From the NCBI GenBank assembly GCA_947631475.1, contig CANRLI010000002.1, forward strand, positions 1 through 49,879: a stretch of DNA of 49,879 nt, read 5' to 3'. The translations under genes were made by a program, and so were the position numbers. This DNA comes from an uncultured Bacilli bacterium. GTDB lineage: Bacteria; Bacillota_I; Bacilli_A; RF39; UBA660. Of the stretch, positions 36,082 through 45,281 are shown one piece after another; position 1 is the stretch's first letter, and the number at the start of each line of letters is the position of its first letter. A model generated the notes under the pieces. The model did not search any database, was not told where the DNA came from, and saw nothing but the letters and a program-made list of their open reading frames with translations.

Positions 36082-37287
36082 TTAACGGGTTGTCCAAGTC
36101 CAACCATAACTATTTTTTATTCCACTGATATCGCTAATTGATGTAGCTTTGGTATTAGCAGTAAATTTAGACCAACTAGTATAACCATTTTTTCCACTAC
36201 CTAAATAATAGCCGTATGCAATAGCATAGTGAAGGTGGGCTCCCGTTGTACACTTATCATAATACCAAGTAGTCGAATCACCACCAACGGCACCAATAAC
36301 TTGCCCTTTAACAACTTGTTGACCTGCTTTAACATTAACCGATCTTAAATGAGCAAACTGGGTAGTATAAGCGACACCGCCAACTGTATGATGAATAAAT
36401 ATTTGATTTCCACCACAAGATGAGTGATATGTCGTATGGACAACGGTTCCATTGGCAGGGGCATAAACATTAGTACCTGCTTTGTTACCACCAATATCTA
36501 TAGCAGGATGGCTACCCCAACCTTGCGTTACTCGTCCATAATTAAGTGGTCTAGAAAAAGATGATGAGCCGATAATGTTACCTTTGTTATTATAGCAATC
36601 GTCAATTGTATCATTATCTTTACAACCGGCTTCTTCATATAATTTTATTTGATTTTTTTGACCAGCAATTTGTTCATCAACATCTAAACCAATGTTGGCC
36701 AATTTATCAATATAAGCTTCTAACTCTTTAACTTGTTTTTCATAACTTGTAATAGAATTAGCTAAGTCTACATTATCTTGAGCTAATTGAACTTGTAAAC
36801 TTTCATTATCTTTTATCATTTGATTTAAATCATCAAGTTGTTGTTGCGTATAATCAACAATTTGTTCAATAATAGCTTGTCTTTCCATCATCTCAGCAAT
36901 GGAAGCTGAGTCAAATACATAGCTTAAATATATATCATCAGAATTACCATTTGAGTATTGTAAAATACTTATAATATCTTTTAATTCTTCCGTCTTAATT
37001 TTGATATTTTCTTGACCCTCAGCTACTTTGCTTTTGGCTTCTTCAACTTTAGCTTCATTAGATGTTATAGTATTATTAGCATTTAAAATACTATTTCTTT
37101 TAGCATCAATATCTGCCATTTTTTCTTTTGTCAAACGATTGTTTTCGTTCTTTTGATTCTGTAATTCCGCTAATTTATCTTTATAATCTTTTAAAGTTTC
37201 ACTTTTGGCTGTGACTGAAAATACAGGTGTTATCATAAAAAATATAAGAGAGATTATTATAAAAATATTAAGAATTTTTTTCATCAT
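36082..37287 (-). CDS. secreted coiled-coil M23 family peptidoglycan metalloendopeptidase
   Basis: Signal peptide, a coiled-coil of about 200 aa, then an M23 domain with intact HPAIDIGG and HLHYAI motifs. Its ATG overlaps the ftsX stop (ATGA). Confidence 0.88.
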   Translation of the reverse strand: MMKKILNIFIIISLIFFMITPVFSVTAKSETLKDYKDKLAELQNQKNENNRLTKEKMADIDAKRNSILNANNTITSNEAKVEEAKSKVAEGQENIKIKTEELKDIISILQYSNGNSDDIYLSYVFDSASIAEMMERQAIIEQIVDYTQQQLDDLNQMIKDNESLQVQLAQDNVDLANSITSYEKQVKELEAYIDKLANIGLDVDEQIAGQKNQIKLYEEAGCKDNDTIDDCYNNKGNIIGSSSFSRPLNYGRVTQGWGSHPAIDIGGNKAGTNVYAPANGTVVHTTYHSSCGGNQIFIHHTVGGVAYTTQFAHLRSVNVKAGQQVVKGQVIGAVGGDSTTWYYDKCTTGAHLHYAIAYGYYLGSGKNGYTSWSKFTANTKATSISDISGIKNSYGWTWTTR

Positions 37288-38198
37288 ATTTTTAAATGCC
37301 TCCTGACAGTTGTATAACTACCAAACATACCAACTATAGCACCAATTATAACCAATATTCCTGAAACATATAAAGAAAATGGTAATGGTTCAATCATTTT
37401 AATAAAGTTAGTTAAGAAATAACCTTCTAACTTATCATAAGCAATGATATATCCCCAAATAGTAGCAATAACAGGAATAATTGAACCAATAATGCCTAAA
37501 AATAAGCCTTCTATAACAAATGGTAATTTTATAACAAAATTACTAGTACCAACAAGACGCATTATTTCTATTTCATTTTTTCTAGCAAAAATTGTTAACT
37601 TAATAGTATTACAAATTAAGAAGATAGTTACACAGATTAAACCGACTATAATAGCTAAAGTAACTTTTTGAATAATGTTAAAGGTAGGTACCATTTTTTC
37701 AACTACACTCTCACTGTATTGTACTTCTGCTATTTTATCGATAGATTTTAATGATTGAGCGGTATCTTCTAGATTTTCAATATTTTTAACAGCAACAATA
37801 AATTCAGGTTGTAAAAAATTATTTGATTCATTTAAAGTGTTCATTATTGCATATATTGAAGAATTTTTATCAGATTTTTCCATTGTTTCTTGACGAATAG
37901 TTTCTTTATCTTTAAAAATCAATTCATCACTTTTAATATTTCTAATTTCTAAAATCTTACTTTTAATAGAATTTATTTCATCATTTGTAGCATCTTTGTC
38001 AACATAGGCAATGATAGTTAATGTGCCTTCTAGATCTTTAGTAAAATTATTAATATTAACAGAAGCCAAGATAGCTAACGAAACAATTGTTAAAGTTATT
38101 GTTGTACAAATGACAGAGGCAATACTTAAACTGAAATTACGAAAAATACTTTTTACTGCATGAGCAATATTTCTTCTAAATATTCTAATTGCTTTCAT
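37284..38198 (-). CDS. ftsX: cell division permease FtsX
   Basis: Four-TM FtsX layout with a large first extracellular loop. I prefer the ATG at 38198 (MKAIRIFRRNI...). The track's start at 38228 is a GTG without an RBS. Confidence 0.9.
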   Translation of the reverse strand: MKAIRIFRRNIAHAVKSIFRNFSLSIASVICTTITLTIVSLAILASVNINNFTKDLEGTLTIIAYVDKDATNDEINSIKSKILEIRNIKSDELIFKDKETIRQETMEKSDKNSSIYAIMNTLNESNNFLQPEFIVAVKNIENLEDTAQSLKSIDKIAEVQYSESVVEKMVPTFNIIQKVTLAIIVGLICVTIFLICNTIKLTIFARKNEIEIMRLVGTSNFVIKLPFVIEGLFLGIIGSIIPVIATIWGYIIAYDKLEGYFLTNFIKMIEPLPFSLYVSGILVIIGAIVGMFGSYTTVRRHLKI

Positions 38199-38886
38199 CG
38201 GCGGTATAACTTCCTTTCTTAGTATCACTAGTTAAAATACCATTTTCTAGAGTAATAACCCTCTTTTTCAATGAATTAACAATTTCTTTATCGTGGGTAA
38301 CCATAATGACAGTTGTGCCTAAATCCTCGTTAATGTTTTTAATAACTTTAACTATTTCTTTAGAAGTTTTAGGATCTAAGTTTCCTGTTGGTTCGTCGCA
38401 TATTAATAGTTTAGGTTCATTAACTATCGCTCTAGCAATACATACCCTTTGTTGTTCTCCTCCGGATAATTCGTTTGGAAAACTTTTAGTTTTATCTTTT
38501 AAGCCTACGATTTGGAGAGCTTTTAATACTTTTGATCTAATTAAACTACTTTTTAGACCAATATTATCTAGGCCGAAAGCAACATTTTCATAAACAGTTA
38601 ATTTTGGTAATAGTTTAAAGTCTTGGAAAACGATGCCTAATTTACGACGTAATTTATAGACGCGACTATTATATAATTTAGATACATTTATTCCACCAAC
38701 CATAACTTGGCCTTTTGTTGGTTTTTCTTCGCGATATAATAGTTTTACTAATGTAGATTTCCCACATCCAGATGCTCCTGTTATAAACACGAATTCACCT
38801 TTATCTATAGCAATATTTAAATCAGCTAATGCTGTAACTCCATTTTTATATACTTTATAACAATTCTTAATGTCGATAAACTTCAT
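38185..38886 (-). CDS. ftsE: cell division ATP-binding protein FtsE
   Basis: ABC ATPase. GASGCGKST, LSGGEQQRV, LLICDEPTGNLD. Confidence 0.93.
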   Translation of the reverse strand: MKFIDIKNCYKVYKNGVTALADLNIAIDKGEFVFITGASGCGKSTLVKLLYREEKPTKGQVMVGGINVSKLYNSRVYKLRRKLGIVFQDFKLLPKLTVYENVAFGLDNIGLKSSLIRSKVLKALQIVGLKDKTKSFPNELSGGEQQRVCIARAIVNEPKLLICDEPTGNLDPKTSKEIVKVIKNINEDLGTTVIMVTHDKEIVNSLKKRVITLENGILTSDTKKGSYTADESN

Positions 38887-38916
38887 TTTACACCACCTTA
38901 TTACTTTTATTATAAC

Positions 38917-38940
38917 AAAAAAAGCCGTTTAAATAAACGG
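38917..38940 (-). terminator. candidate terminator after the yitT-like gene
   Basis: The minus-strand RNA reads CCGUU-UAUUUA-AACGG, then C and a run of seven U. The stem includes the last codons. Confidence 0.45.
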
Positions 38941-39825
38941 AAACTTTAATTGACGATGTCCACCGTAAACTTCATAGCAATCACTAATAATGAAGAAAGC
39001 TTGAGGATCTATTTTTTGAACAACATTTTTAAACATATAATAATCTCTTGTAGCAATAACACACATTATTATATTATTAGCTTTATTAGTATGTCCACCT
39101 TCTGTTTTCATAATGGTAAAGCCCGTATCTATTTCAGTTATAAATTCTTTAATTTCTTCAGATTTTTTAGTAAAAATATAGAACATTTTACTATCAGAGA
39201 TACCAAGCATTATTTTATCTATTAGCATACTATTCATTAAAAGAACAATTACAGCATAAACGGCTTTGCTAAAGCCAAAAATCATACCACCAGCTATTAT
39301 AACTAATATGTTAAACATAAAGGAAGCAGCTCCGGTTGGAATTTTTAAATACTTATTTAAAATTTGAATAATAATATCGGAACCACCTGTTGTAAAGCCG
39401 GCCCGATAAATAAAGCCATTAGCTGTGCCAAATAGAAAACCACTGATTAGGACAACTAATAGGAAATTATCTAAAACAATCTTAGTAGATAAATACTCAC
39501 AAATATCACTAGTTAAAGATACAAACAAGGGATACAAAAGCGATCCGACAATAGTTAAACCCGTTTGTTTAGACCCTAAAAAAATAAAACTCAATATAAT
39601 AAAAATAACATTAGCAATTATTAGAAAAGTGGCCGGTTGTAACCCCGTATATTCGTGAACAATAGTTGCTAAACCACTGGTGCCACCAATAACTAAATCA
39701 TTGTGTAGTAAAAACAAATTATAGTTAATAGCTAGGACTAATGCCCCAGCGACAGTTACTAGAAAACGTGGCCAGAAGTTCTTAGAAATTACTTCATCAA
39801 TTATACTCTTATAATCAAACTTCAT
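38929..39825 (-). CDS. YitT family membrane protein (with DUF2179-type C-terminal domain)
   Basis: The multi-TM region has a GGTSGLA motif, and the C-terminal domain is soluble. The ATG at 39825 lies 5 nt after AGGTGA. The track's GTG start is inside that RBS. Confidence 0.82.
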   Translation of the reverse strand: MKFDYKSIIDEVISKNFWPRFLVTVAGALVLAINYNLFLLHNDLVIGGTSGLATIVHEYTGLQPATFLIIANVIFIILSFIFLGSKQTGLTIVGSLLYPLFVSLTSDICEYLSTKIVLDNFLLVVLISGFLFGTANGFIYRAGFTTGGSDIIIQILNKYLKIPTGAASFMFNILVIIAGGMIFGFSKAVYAVIVLLMNSMLIDKIMLGISDSKMFYIFTKKSEEIKEFITEIDTGFTIMKTEGGHTNKANNIIMCVIATRDYYMFKNVVQKIDPQAFFIISDCYEVYGGHRQLKFPFI

Positions 39826-39894
39826 TATTTTCACCTATTTTTAATTATACTATAAAAAAATTTTTTTGCATATATTAATATCGAGGTGACTAAA

Positions 39895-40254
39895 ATGAAT
39901 GGTAATTATTACCAAAATCCAACTTTTCCAACTATAGATAATCCAGCCATGGGAAATGATAATTATGAACAAGGCTATCAAGCAGGACAACTTCAAGATT
40001 TACCTATGCAACAAAGCTATATTGAAAACATTTTAAGACATAATAAAGGAAAAAAAGTAAAAGCGTATGTCAGTTTTCCTGATGCTAATGAGTGGAAAGA
40101 TAAAATCTTTGAGGGGACAATTGAACAAGCAGGTAGAGATCATCTAATTATTCGTGATCCAAGCAATGGGCATTGGTATTTAATATTAATGATTTATCTT
40201 GACTATGTTGAGTTTGATGAAAAAATTGATTATACAGAAATTAAATTCATTTAA
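39895..40254 (+). CDS. gerQ: spore coat protein GerQ
   Basis: The C-terminal 75 aa closely match my memory of B. subtilis GerQ/YwdL: SYIENILRHNKGKKV...EWKDKIFEGTIEQAGRDHLIIRDP...YLILMIYLDYVEFDEKI. The N-terminus is Gln-rich. The ATG at 39895 lies 6 nt after GAGGTG. Confidence 0.85.
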   Translation: MNGNYYQNPTFPTIDNPAMGNDNYEQGYQAGQLQDLPMQQSYIENILRHNKGKKVKAYVSFPDANEWKDKIFEGTIEQAGRDHLIIRDPSNGHWYLILMIYLDYVEFDEKIDYTEIKFI

Positions 40255-40256
40255 AA

Positions 40257-40291
40257 AGCATTTTAGAAATAGTTACTAAAATGCTTTTTTT
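40257..40291 (+). terminator. intrinsic terminator of gerQ (overlaps the 3' end of the convergent MBL gene)
   Basis: agcatttta, an 11-nt loop, then taaaatgct, followed by tttttt. Confidence 0.6.
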
Positions 40292-40760
40292 CAGCGCCTA
40301 AAGTGGTAGTTAAACCATGACCTGGATAAATTGTTATATCATCAGGATATTTTTGAATTAGTTTTAAACTTATTAACATATCTTGATTATTACCACCTAA
40401 ATCAGTACGACCAATACTATTTAAAAAAAGGAAATCGCCTGTAAACATTATTTTTTCATTTTTAAAATAAAAGGTCTTAGAATCAAAAGTATGACCAGGT
40501 GTTTCAATAATTTCAAAATTAAACTTAGAGCTATTGACTTGATTTATTTCAACTTCGTAAGTACTTAAGACTTCTTCTAAAGCTTCGATATGGTCTTGAT
40601 GAAAGTGAGTAACTAAGCAGCCTACTACTTTATAGTCTTTGACAGCTTTTTTAAGACGATTAAATTCTGCTCCAGGATCAATTATTAGACACTCATTATC
40701 AATATTAACTATATAACAATTGGTTTTTAAAGGTCCTACAACTAATGTTTTAATATTCAT
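40263..40760 (-). CDS. MBL-fold metallo-hydrolase (glyoxalase II-like)
   Basis: THFHQDH motif, with ETPGHT downstream. I prefer the ATG at 40760 (MNIKTLVV...), 8 nt after AAGGGA. Confidence 0.85.
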   Translation of the reverse strand: MNIKTLVVGPLKTNCYIVNIDNECLIIDPGAEFNRLKKAVKDYKVVGCLVTHFHQDHIEALEEVLSTYEVEINQVNSSKFNFEIIETPGHTFDSKTFYFKNEKIMFTGDFLFLNSIGRTDLGGNNQDMLISLKLIQKYPDDITIYPGHGLTTTLGAEKKHFSNYF

Positions 40761-40849
40761 AAATATCATCCCTTTACATTTTAATATAAATTAAACGTTT
40801 TGTAAAATTAATAATATGCTATAATTTAAGTAGAATTGAGGTTATGGAT

Positions 40850-41395
40850 ATGCCATTATTATATAGTTTTTTATTTATAATAATTATTGTTGGAGCATTA
40901 GGAATTTTATATGTTTACCAATTTAATAAACTAATGCATTCTAAAACGAAAATAGATCAAGCAGAATATTTAATTGATGAAGCACTAAGAAATAGGTATG
41001 ACATTTTATTACGAGCTGATAAATTAATTCAAACAGAATTAAAGAGTGATAAAACTTATTTTAAGGGATTTGATAAAATAAAAAGCGAAGATATAAGTAA
41101 TTTTGACTTAGATCGTAAATTAACTGAATATTTAAATTTATTAGAGCAAATTAAAGTTGATTATCCAGATTTAATGAATAATAAAGCTTTTAAAGAGTTA
41201 TTAAGTGATAATAAACGTGAAGGAGAGAAATTACAGGCAGCTAAAACTTATTATAATAAGTATACTAGTGAATTAAATGATTTAGTAAGAACTTTCCCTT
41301 CTAATATAGTGGCAAGAATGCATGGAATTGCTATAAAGTCTTTCTTTGATGGAAAAAATATGGAAGATGAAATTATAGATGATTTTAAATTATAA
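40850..41395 (+). CDS. lemA: LemA family protein
   Basis: N-terminal TM segment, then the LemA signature ...AKTYYNKYTSELNDLVRTFPSNIVARMHG. The ATG at 40850 lies 8 nt after GAGG. Confidence 0.85.
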   Translation: MPLLYSFLFIIIIVGALGILYVYQFNKLMHSKTKIDQAEYLIDEALRNRYDILLRADKLIQTELKSDKTYFKGFDKIKSEDISNFDLDRKLTEYLNLLEQIKVDYPDLMNNKAFKELLSDNKREGEKLQAAKTYYNKYTSELNDLVRTFPSNIVARMHGIAIKSFFDGKNMEDEIIDDFKL

Positions 41396-41418
41396 AAACT
41401 TTACCTATCGTAAAGTTT
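41396..41418. terminator. bidirectional terminator between lemA and ung
   Basis: aaactttac-ctatc-gtaaagttt is flanked by A- and T-rich runs. Confidence 0.55.
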
Positions 41419-42086
41419 TATTTTGTATTTAAATTCCAGTCTATTTCTTTTAGATTGTTTTGTTTTAAAAAGGCGTTTGTCTTAGAAAATGGTCGGCTAC
41501 CAAAAAAACCACTATGAGCAGAAAATGGTGAAGGATGAGCAGAACTTATGATTAGATGCCATGGATTAGTAATGTATTTGGCCTTCTCTTTAGCAAACTT
41601 ACCCCATAAAATGAAAACAACGGGTTCTTTTTTTTGATTTAATATTTTAATGATATAGTCAGTTAAACGTTCCCAACCAAGATTGCGATGGGAAGCTGGG
41701 GTATCTTTAACAACCGTTAAAACAGCATTTAACATTAATACGCCCTCTTTACCCCACTTTGTTAAATCGCCACTATTGGCTATAGGAATATTTAAATCAT
41801 CTTTCAGTTCTTTAAAAATGTTTTGTAAAGATGGGGGTATTTTAATTCCTTCTTGGACAGAAAAAGATAAGCCATGCGCTTCTCCTGTACCATGATAGGG
41901 ATCTTGACCAACAATAACCACTTTAGTATTAGCATATGGAGTCAGTTTTAAAGCATTAAAGATATAATCTTTAGGAGGAAAAATTGTTTTAGTTGCGTAT
42001 TCTTTATCAATTATGGTTAAAAATTTTTTAAAGCCTTCACTTTGCCAAATAATTTTAAGTTTTTCATCCCAGTCATTTCCTATCAT
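41418..42086 (-). CDS. ung: uracil-DNA glycosylase (family 1)
   Basis: GQDPYHG, the leucine-loop region HPSPFSA, and NAVLTV. The ATG at 42086 lies 5 nt after GAAGGTGA. Confidence 0.94.
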   Translation of the reverse strand: MIGNDWDEKLKIIWQSEGFKKFLTIIDKEYATKTIFPPKDYIFNALKLTPYANTKVVIVGQDPYHGTGEAHGLSFSVQEGIKIPPSLQNIFKELKDDLNIPIANSGDLTKWGKEGVLMLNAVLTVVKDTPASHRNLGWERLTDYIIKILNQKKEPVVFILWGKFAKEKAKYITNPWHLIISSAHPSPFSAHSGFFGSRPFSKTNAFLKQNNLKEIDWNLNTK

Positions 42087-42139
42087 AGAATTCACCTTCT
42101 AATAAATAATTTATCATATTTCATACTAATTGTTAATGT

Positions 42140-42478
42140 TTATTGTTTAGGTTGGAAAGTATTGCTTATTTCATTTTCGACTAAATCAGGAAAATATTGC
42201 TTTAAATTTTCACCTAATGGTTTAATCTGCATAAGTTTTATTATACGATATTCAGTTTTACCATATCCATTACGGGCTTGAAGAAAAACCTCACTATCAT
42301 TAATTCGTTCCATATACATTCTTAGTTTTAATTCTGGTAAACATTCTTTATGTAATCTTAAAAATTCTAATAATTTAGTTAAATAAAAATATCTATTACT
42401 TATATATTGGTTGTTGCCTACAATTTGTTTATTATCATGAAGATATAACCAAATATTTTCGGTTGGTGAAATATTCAT
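42140..42478 (-). CDS. hypothetical protein (112 aa), probably co-transcribed with ung
   Basis: Strong RBS AAAGGAGGGG 5 nt before the ATG. A candidate promoter (TATAAT at 42505-42510) lies upstream. There is a 53-nt gap to the preferred ung ATG (42086) with no hairpin. No family recognised. Confidence 0.65.
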   Translation of the reverse strand: MNISPTENIWLYLHDNKQIVGNNQYISNRYFYLTKLLEFLRLHKECLPELKLRMYMERINDSEVFLQARNGYGKTEYRIIKLMQIKPLGENLKQYFPDLVENEISNTFQPKQ

Positions 42479-42530
42479 AAAATCCCCTCCTTTTGATAGC
42501 TTATATTATACTTTTTTTTATTATTTGTAA

Positions 42531-42570
42531 ACAAAAACAATGAAAAGCTATTTGTGGTACCTTTCATTGT
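42531..42570 (-). terminator. candidate terminator of the rplI-dnaB...rlmH operon
   Basis: The minus-strand RNA reads ACAAUGAAAG, a 13-nt loop, then CUUUUCAUUGU (one bulge), followed by UUUUGUUU. The 5' arm lies within the last rlmH codons. Confidence 0.45.
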
Positions 42571-42985
42571 TTAAGATTTTAAAGGAACGATAAATTTGTT
42601 CAAGTAGTATTCCTCTAAATAGACCATGAGGAAAAGTTAATCTTGAAAATGATAATCGGTAATTAGCTCGTTTTTTTAAATCAGGATGCAAGCCTTCACT
42701 ACTGCCAATTATAAAGGTAATTGTACTATTAGTAATAAAAATTTCGTCTATTTTTTGAGCTAATTTTGCCGAAGTAATAAGCTCGCCTTCTATATCAAGA
42801 GCTATGATATAATCATTTTTACCAAGATATTTTTCTATATTGGCCTTTTCAATAGATAAATCATTTTCATCTTTAAGTTCTATTATTGTCAATTTATGAT
42901 ATTTATTTATTCTTTTTTTATAGTCATTTATTAAATCTTCTAAATATTTTTCTTTGATTTTACCTAAGCATATTATTTTTATCAT
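42548..42985 (-). CDS. rlmH: 23S rRNA (pseudouridine1915-N3)-methyltransferase RlmH
   Basis: 145 aa SPOUT protein. It begins MIKIICLGKIKEKYL and ends ...LTFPHGLFRGILLEQIYRSF. Confidence 0.9.
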   Translation of the reverse strand: MIKIICLGKIKEKYLEDLINDYKKRINKYHKLTIIELKDENDLSIEKANIEKYLGKNDYIIALDIEGELITSAKLAQKIDEIFITNSTITFIIGSSEGLHPDLKKRANYRLSFSRLTFPHGLFRGILLEQIYRSFKILNNERYHK

Positions 42986-43746
42986 ACTTCGTACAACTCA
43001 GTTCGTTCATTTTGCTTAGCACATATAATATCAGAAAAATTTATTTCATATTCAGCAAATATTTCTTTAATAGTAGCTAAAGCTTTTTCTTCAGTATTAT
43101 TTTTTTGAGATAAATGAGATAGAATAATTTTTTGGGTATTAGGTCCTATTATTTTAGCCAAATATATTGAACTATCTTTATTGGATAAATGACCATAAGG
43201 ACCAGCTACACGATCTTTTAACCACTTAGGATATGGGCCATTCATCAGCATTTCGATATCATGATTACTTTCAAATAAATAAATGTCCGCATTGGCGATT
43301 TTTTTAAAATTCTTCTGATTAATAAAACCAGTATCAGTTAAATAAACTATTGATTTTCCTTCACTTCTAATAACAAAGCTTCGTGAATCAGAAGTATCAT
43401 GGGATGTTTTAAATATGTCTATAGTAACATCATCTAAATAAACCGCATCATTATATAGAATAATATTTTCATAGGACTGTAAAAAAGTTAATTCTGAAAA
43501 CATTTGAGGGCTTAGGCAAATAGTTCCTTTGTATTTTTTGATATAGTTTTTTAAAGCTTTTATGTGGTCATCGTGAACATGGGTAATAAAAATATAATCA
43601 ACATCGCTAAGGTTGGCGGATATTTCGGACAATTTTTCTTTTATATATTTAACAGTTGTACCTAAATCTAGTAGAATCTTATGATGGGCTGTTTCAACAA
43701 AAGTAACATTGCCTTCAGATCCGCTCGCTAAATTACATACTTTCAT
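42982..43746 (-). CDS. MBL-fold metallo-hydrolase, YycJ/WalJ-like
   Basis: MKVCNLASGSEGN... and THVHDDH. Like yycJ in Bacillus, it lies directly upstream of rlmH. I prefer the ATG at 43746, which overlaps the upstream stop (TAATG). Confidence 0.85.
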   Translation of the reverse strand: MKVCNLASGSEGNVTFVETAHHKILLDLGTTVKYIKEKLSEISANLSDVDYIFITHVHDDHIKALKNYIKKYKGTICLSPQMFSELTFLQSYENIILYNDAVYLDDVTIDIFKTSHDTSDSRSFVIRSEGKSIVYLTDTGFINQKNFKKIANADIYLFESNHDIEMLMNGPYPKWLKDRVAGPYGHLSNKDSSIYLAKIIGPNTQKIILSHLSQKNNTEEKALATIKEIFAEYEINFSDIICAKQNERTELYEV

Positions 43747-45281
43747 TAGCGCCACAACCTTAAAGAATCGATAACGTTAGCTCTACTAACAGATCCATAA
43801 TATAAAGCGAAGTGTAAGTGAACGCCCGTGGCAGTTCCTGTTTTACCCATTTTACCTATTTTTTGACCACGAGATACTTGTTGACCTACGCTAACAATCA
43901 TGTCACATTCTGAAGGGCTATATCTTCGATAAGATATGTCTCCATTATACTTAGTTGCTAAGTGACCATAAAATGTTAAATAGCCATTATTATGACGTAT
44001 TACAACATAACAGCCGGATGTTAATTCAAAAGTTGCTTGAACGACTGTACCATCTAATGCCGCATAAATTGGTGACTTATAACCAGTACCAGAAATATCG
44101 TTTCCTTGGTGGAAATCACCCCAACGATAACCGAAAGTAGAAGTAATAAAGTATGGTCGATTAGTTGGCCAATACCATGTTGTACCTGTTTCAAATGGTT
44201 CTCCTGTTACTGGTGGTAAATAATAAGGACGTTGTTTAGTTCCTCGAACAATTATTTCGTCTTGAGTTGCTTTAATAACCTTAGTTTCAGTTGGAATACG
44301 ACCTTGGTTTTCCTCACCATTAGTATACTGCGTTCTTGAAGATATCCTATTTATGCCATTGCTACCATTTTGAATGGTTTTACGATAGTCTGTATACTGT
44401 GTACTATCATCTTGATAAATAGTTTGATATTGTTCTTCAACATCTTCCACAATAAATTCATCATATTTAAGAGTTAAAACTGGTTTGATTAAGGAAACAT
44501 CAAGTTTTTGACCAATAGCAAGTAATGTATCGGTACTTTTTATATTTTGATTAGCTATTAAAAGCTCTGTTGGATTTAATTTATTAGCTTCAGCTATTTT
44601 TTCAATTGTATCACCTTGAACTACCGTGTATTCTTGGACGGCTGTATTTTCACCAAAAAGGAGATATCTTGTTAAATCATCAACATTAGTATAAATAGTT
44701 TCGTCAACGCTAATATAAGATTCTTTAATAGAAATAGAATCGTCAAAATACATATTCTCAATTAAATATCCGACATCATTTATTTCAGGTTGTGTTCCTT
44801 CTTTATATTGAACGTATCTTTCTTGCGTAATAAATGCTTCAATTATATTTTCAACAGCTTTTTCAAAGACATTTTTATCAAGGACATATATGTATATTGG
44901 TTCGGCATTTTCATCAGGGGTTTTAATTGTTACTGTATAACCTTTTATAGTAAATTGTTTAACATCTTTAATAGATTCGTAAACATTTTCAACTGAAGTA
45001 ATTTCATCATCATAGGTATTTTTTTGAATAATCTGAAAACCCTTAGGAGGATATACTTGATCAACATCATATTGATCTTTTATAGCAACTTGTTCTTTAT
45101 TAATTAAATTATAAAGTTCATCTTTAGAGTTGATTAAACCTATTTTTACACCATCAAGATAGACCTGATATATATGGTTAGGAACATCAACTTTATCTTC
45201 AAAATAAAAGTTTAATGCAAGTAATCCACCCATTAAGATAGTTATTAAGATAGAAAGGATTATTCCTTTTATTTTATTCAT
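43746..45281 (-). CDS. membrane-anchored LysM-domain M23 family peptidase
   Basis: N-terminal TM segment. LysM reads YTVVQGDTIEKIAEANKLNPTELLIANQNI. The M23 motifs FHQGNDISG and HLHFAL are intact. I prefer the ATG at 45281, 6 nt after GGAAG. Confidence 0.88.
   Translation of the reverse strand: MNKIKGIILSILITILMGGLLALNFYFEDKVDVPNHIYQVYLDGVKIGLINSKDELYNLINKEQVAIKDQYDVDQVYPPKGFQIIQKNTYDDEITSVENVYESIKDVKQFTIKGYTVTIKTPDENAEPIYIYVLDKNVFEKAVENIIEAFITQERYVQYKEGTQPEINDVGYLIENMYFDDSISIKESYISVDETIYTNVDDLTRYLLFGENTAVQEYTVVQGDTIEKIAEANKLNPTELLIANQNIKSTDTLLAIGQKLDVSLIKPVLTLKYDEFIVEDVEEQYQTIYQDDSTQYTDYRKTIQNGSNGINRISSRTQYTNGEENQGRIPTETKVIKATQDEIIVRGTKQRPYYLPPVTGEPFETGTTWYWPTNRPYFITSTFGYRWGDFHQGNDISGTGYKSPIYAALDGTVVQATFELTSGCYVVIRHNNGYLTFYGHLATKYNGDISYRRYSPSECDMIVSVGQQVSRGQKIGKMGKTGTATGVHLHFALYYGSVSRANVIDSLRLWR

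Noticed and set aside
38950-39658. Plus-strand ORFs 38950-39225 and 39425-39658, and other antisense ORFs in membrane protein genes (37444-37671, 38306-38593, 41683-41895, 42042-42281, 43955-44140, 44790-44996, 48731-48919 and 49114-49338).
   Set aside because: They lie entirely within longer ORFs that have clear family signatures on the opposite strand, and they have no RBS.
39869-39877. A sigma-K type -10 element (CATATATTA, matching CATA---TA) upstream of gerQ.
   Set aside because: It ends only about 6 nt before the gerQ RBS, so the predicted transcription start would fall inside or after the Shine-Dalgarno sequence. The AC -35 element is at non-optimal spacing. The pattern is also easy to hit by chance in AT-rich DNA.
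42140-42478. The idea that the 112-aa protein next to ung is a uracil-DNA glycosylase inhibitor of the Ugi, p56 or SAUGI type. SAUGI is also 112 aa.
   Set aside because: Known UDG inhibitors are strongly acidic DNA mimics. This protein has roughly balanced acidic and basic residues by my count, and it shows no resemblance to the SAUGI or Ugi sequences I recall.
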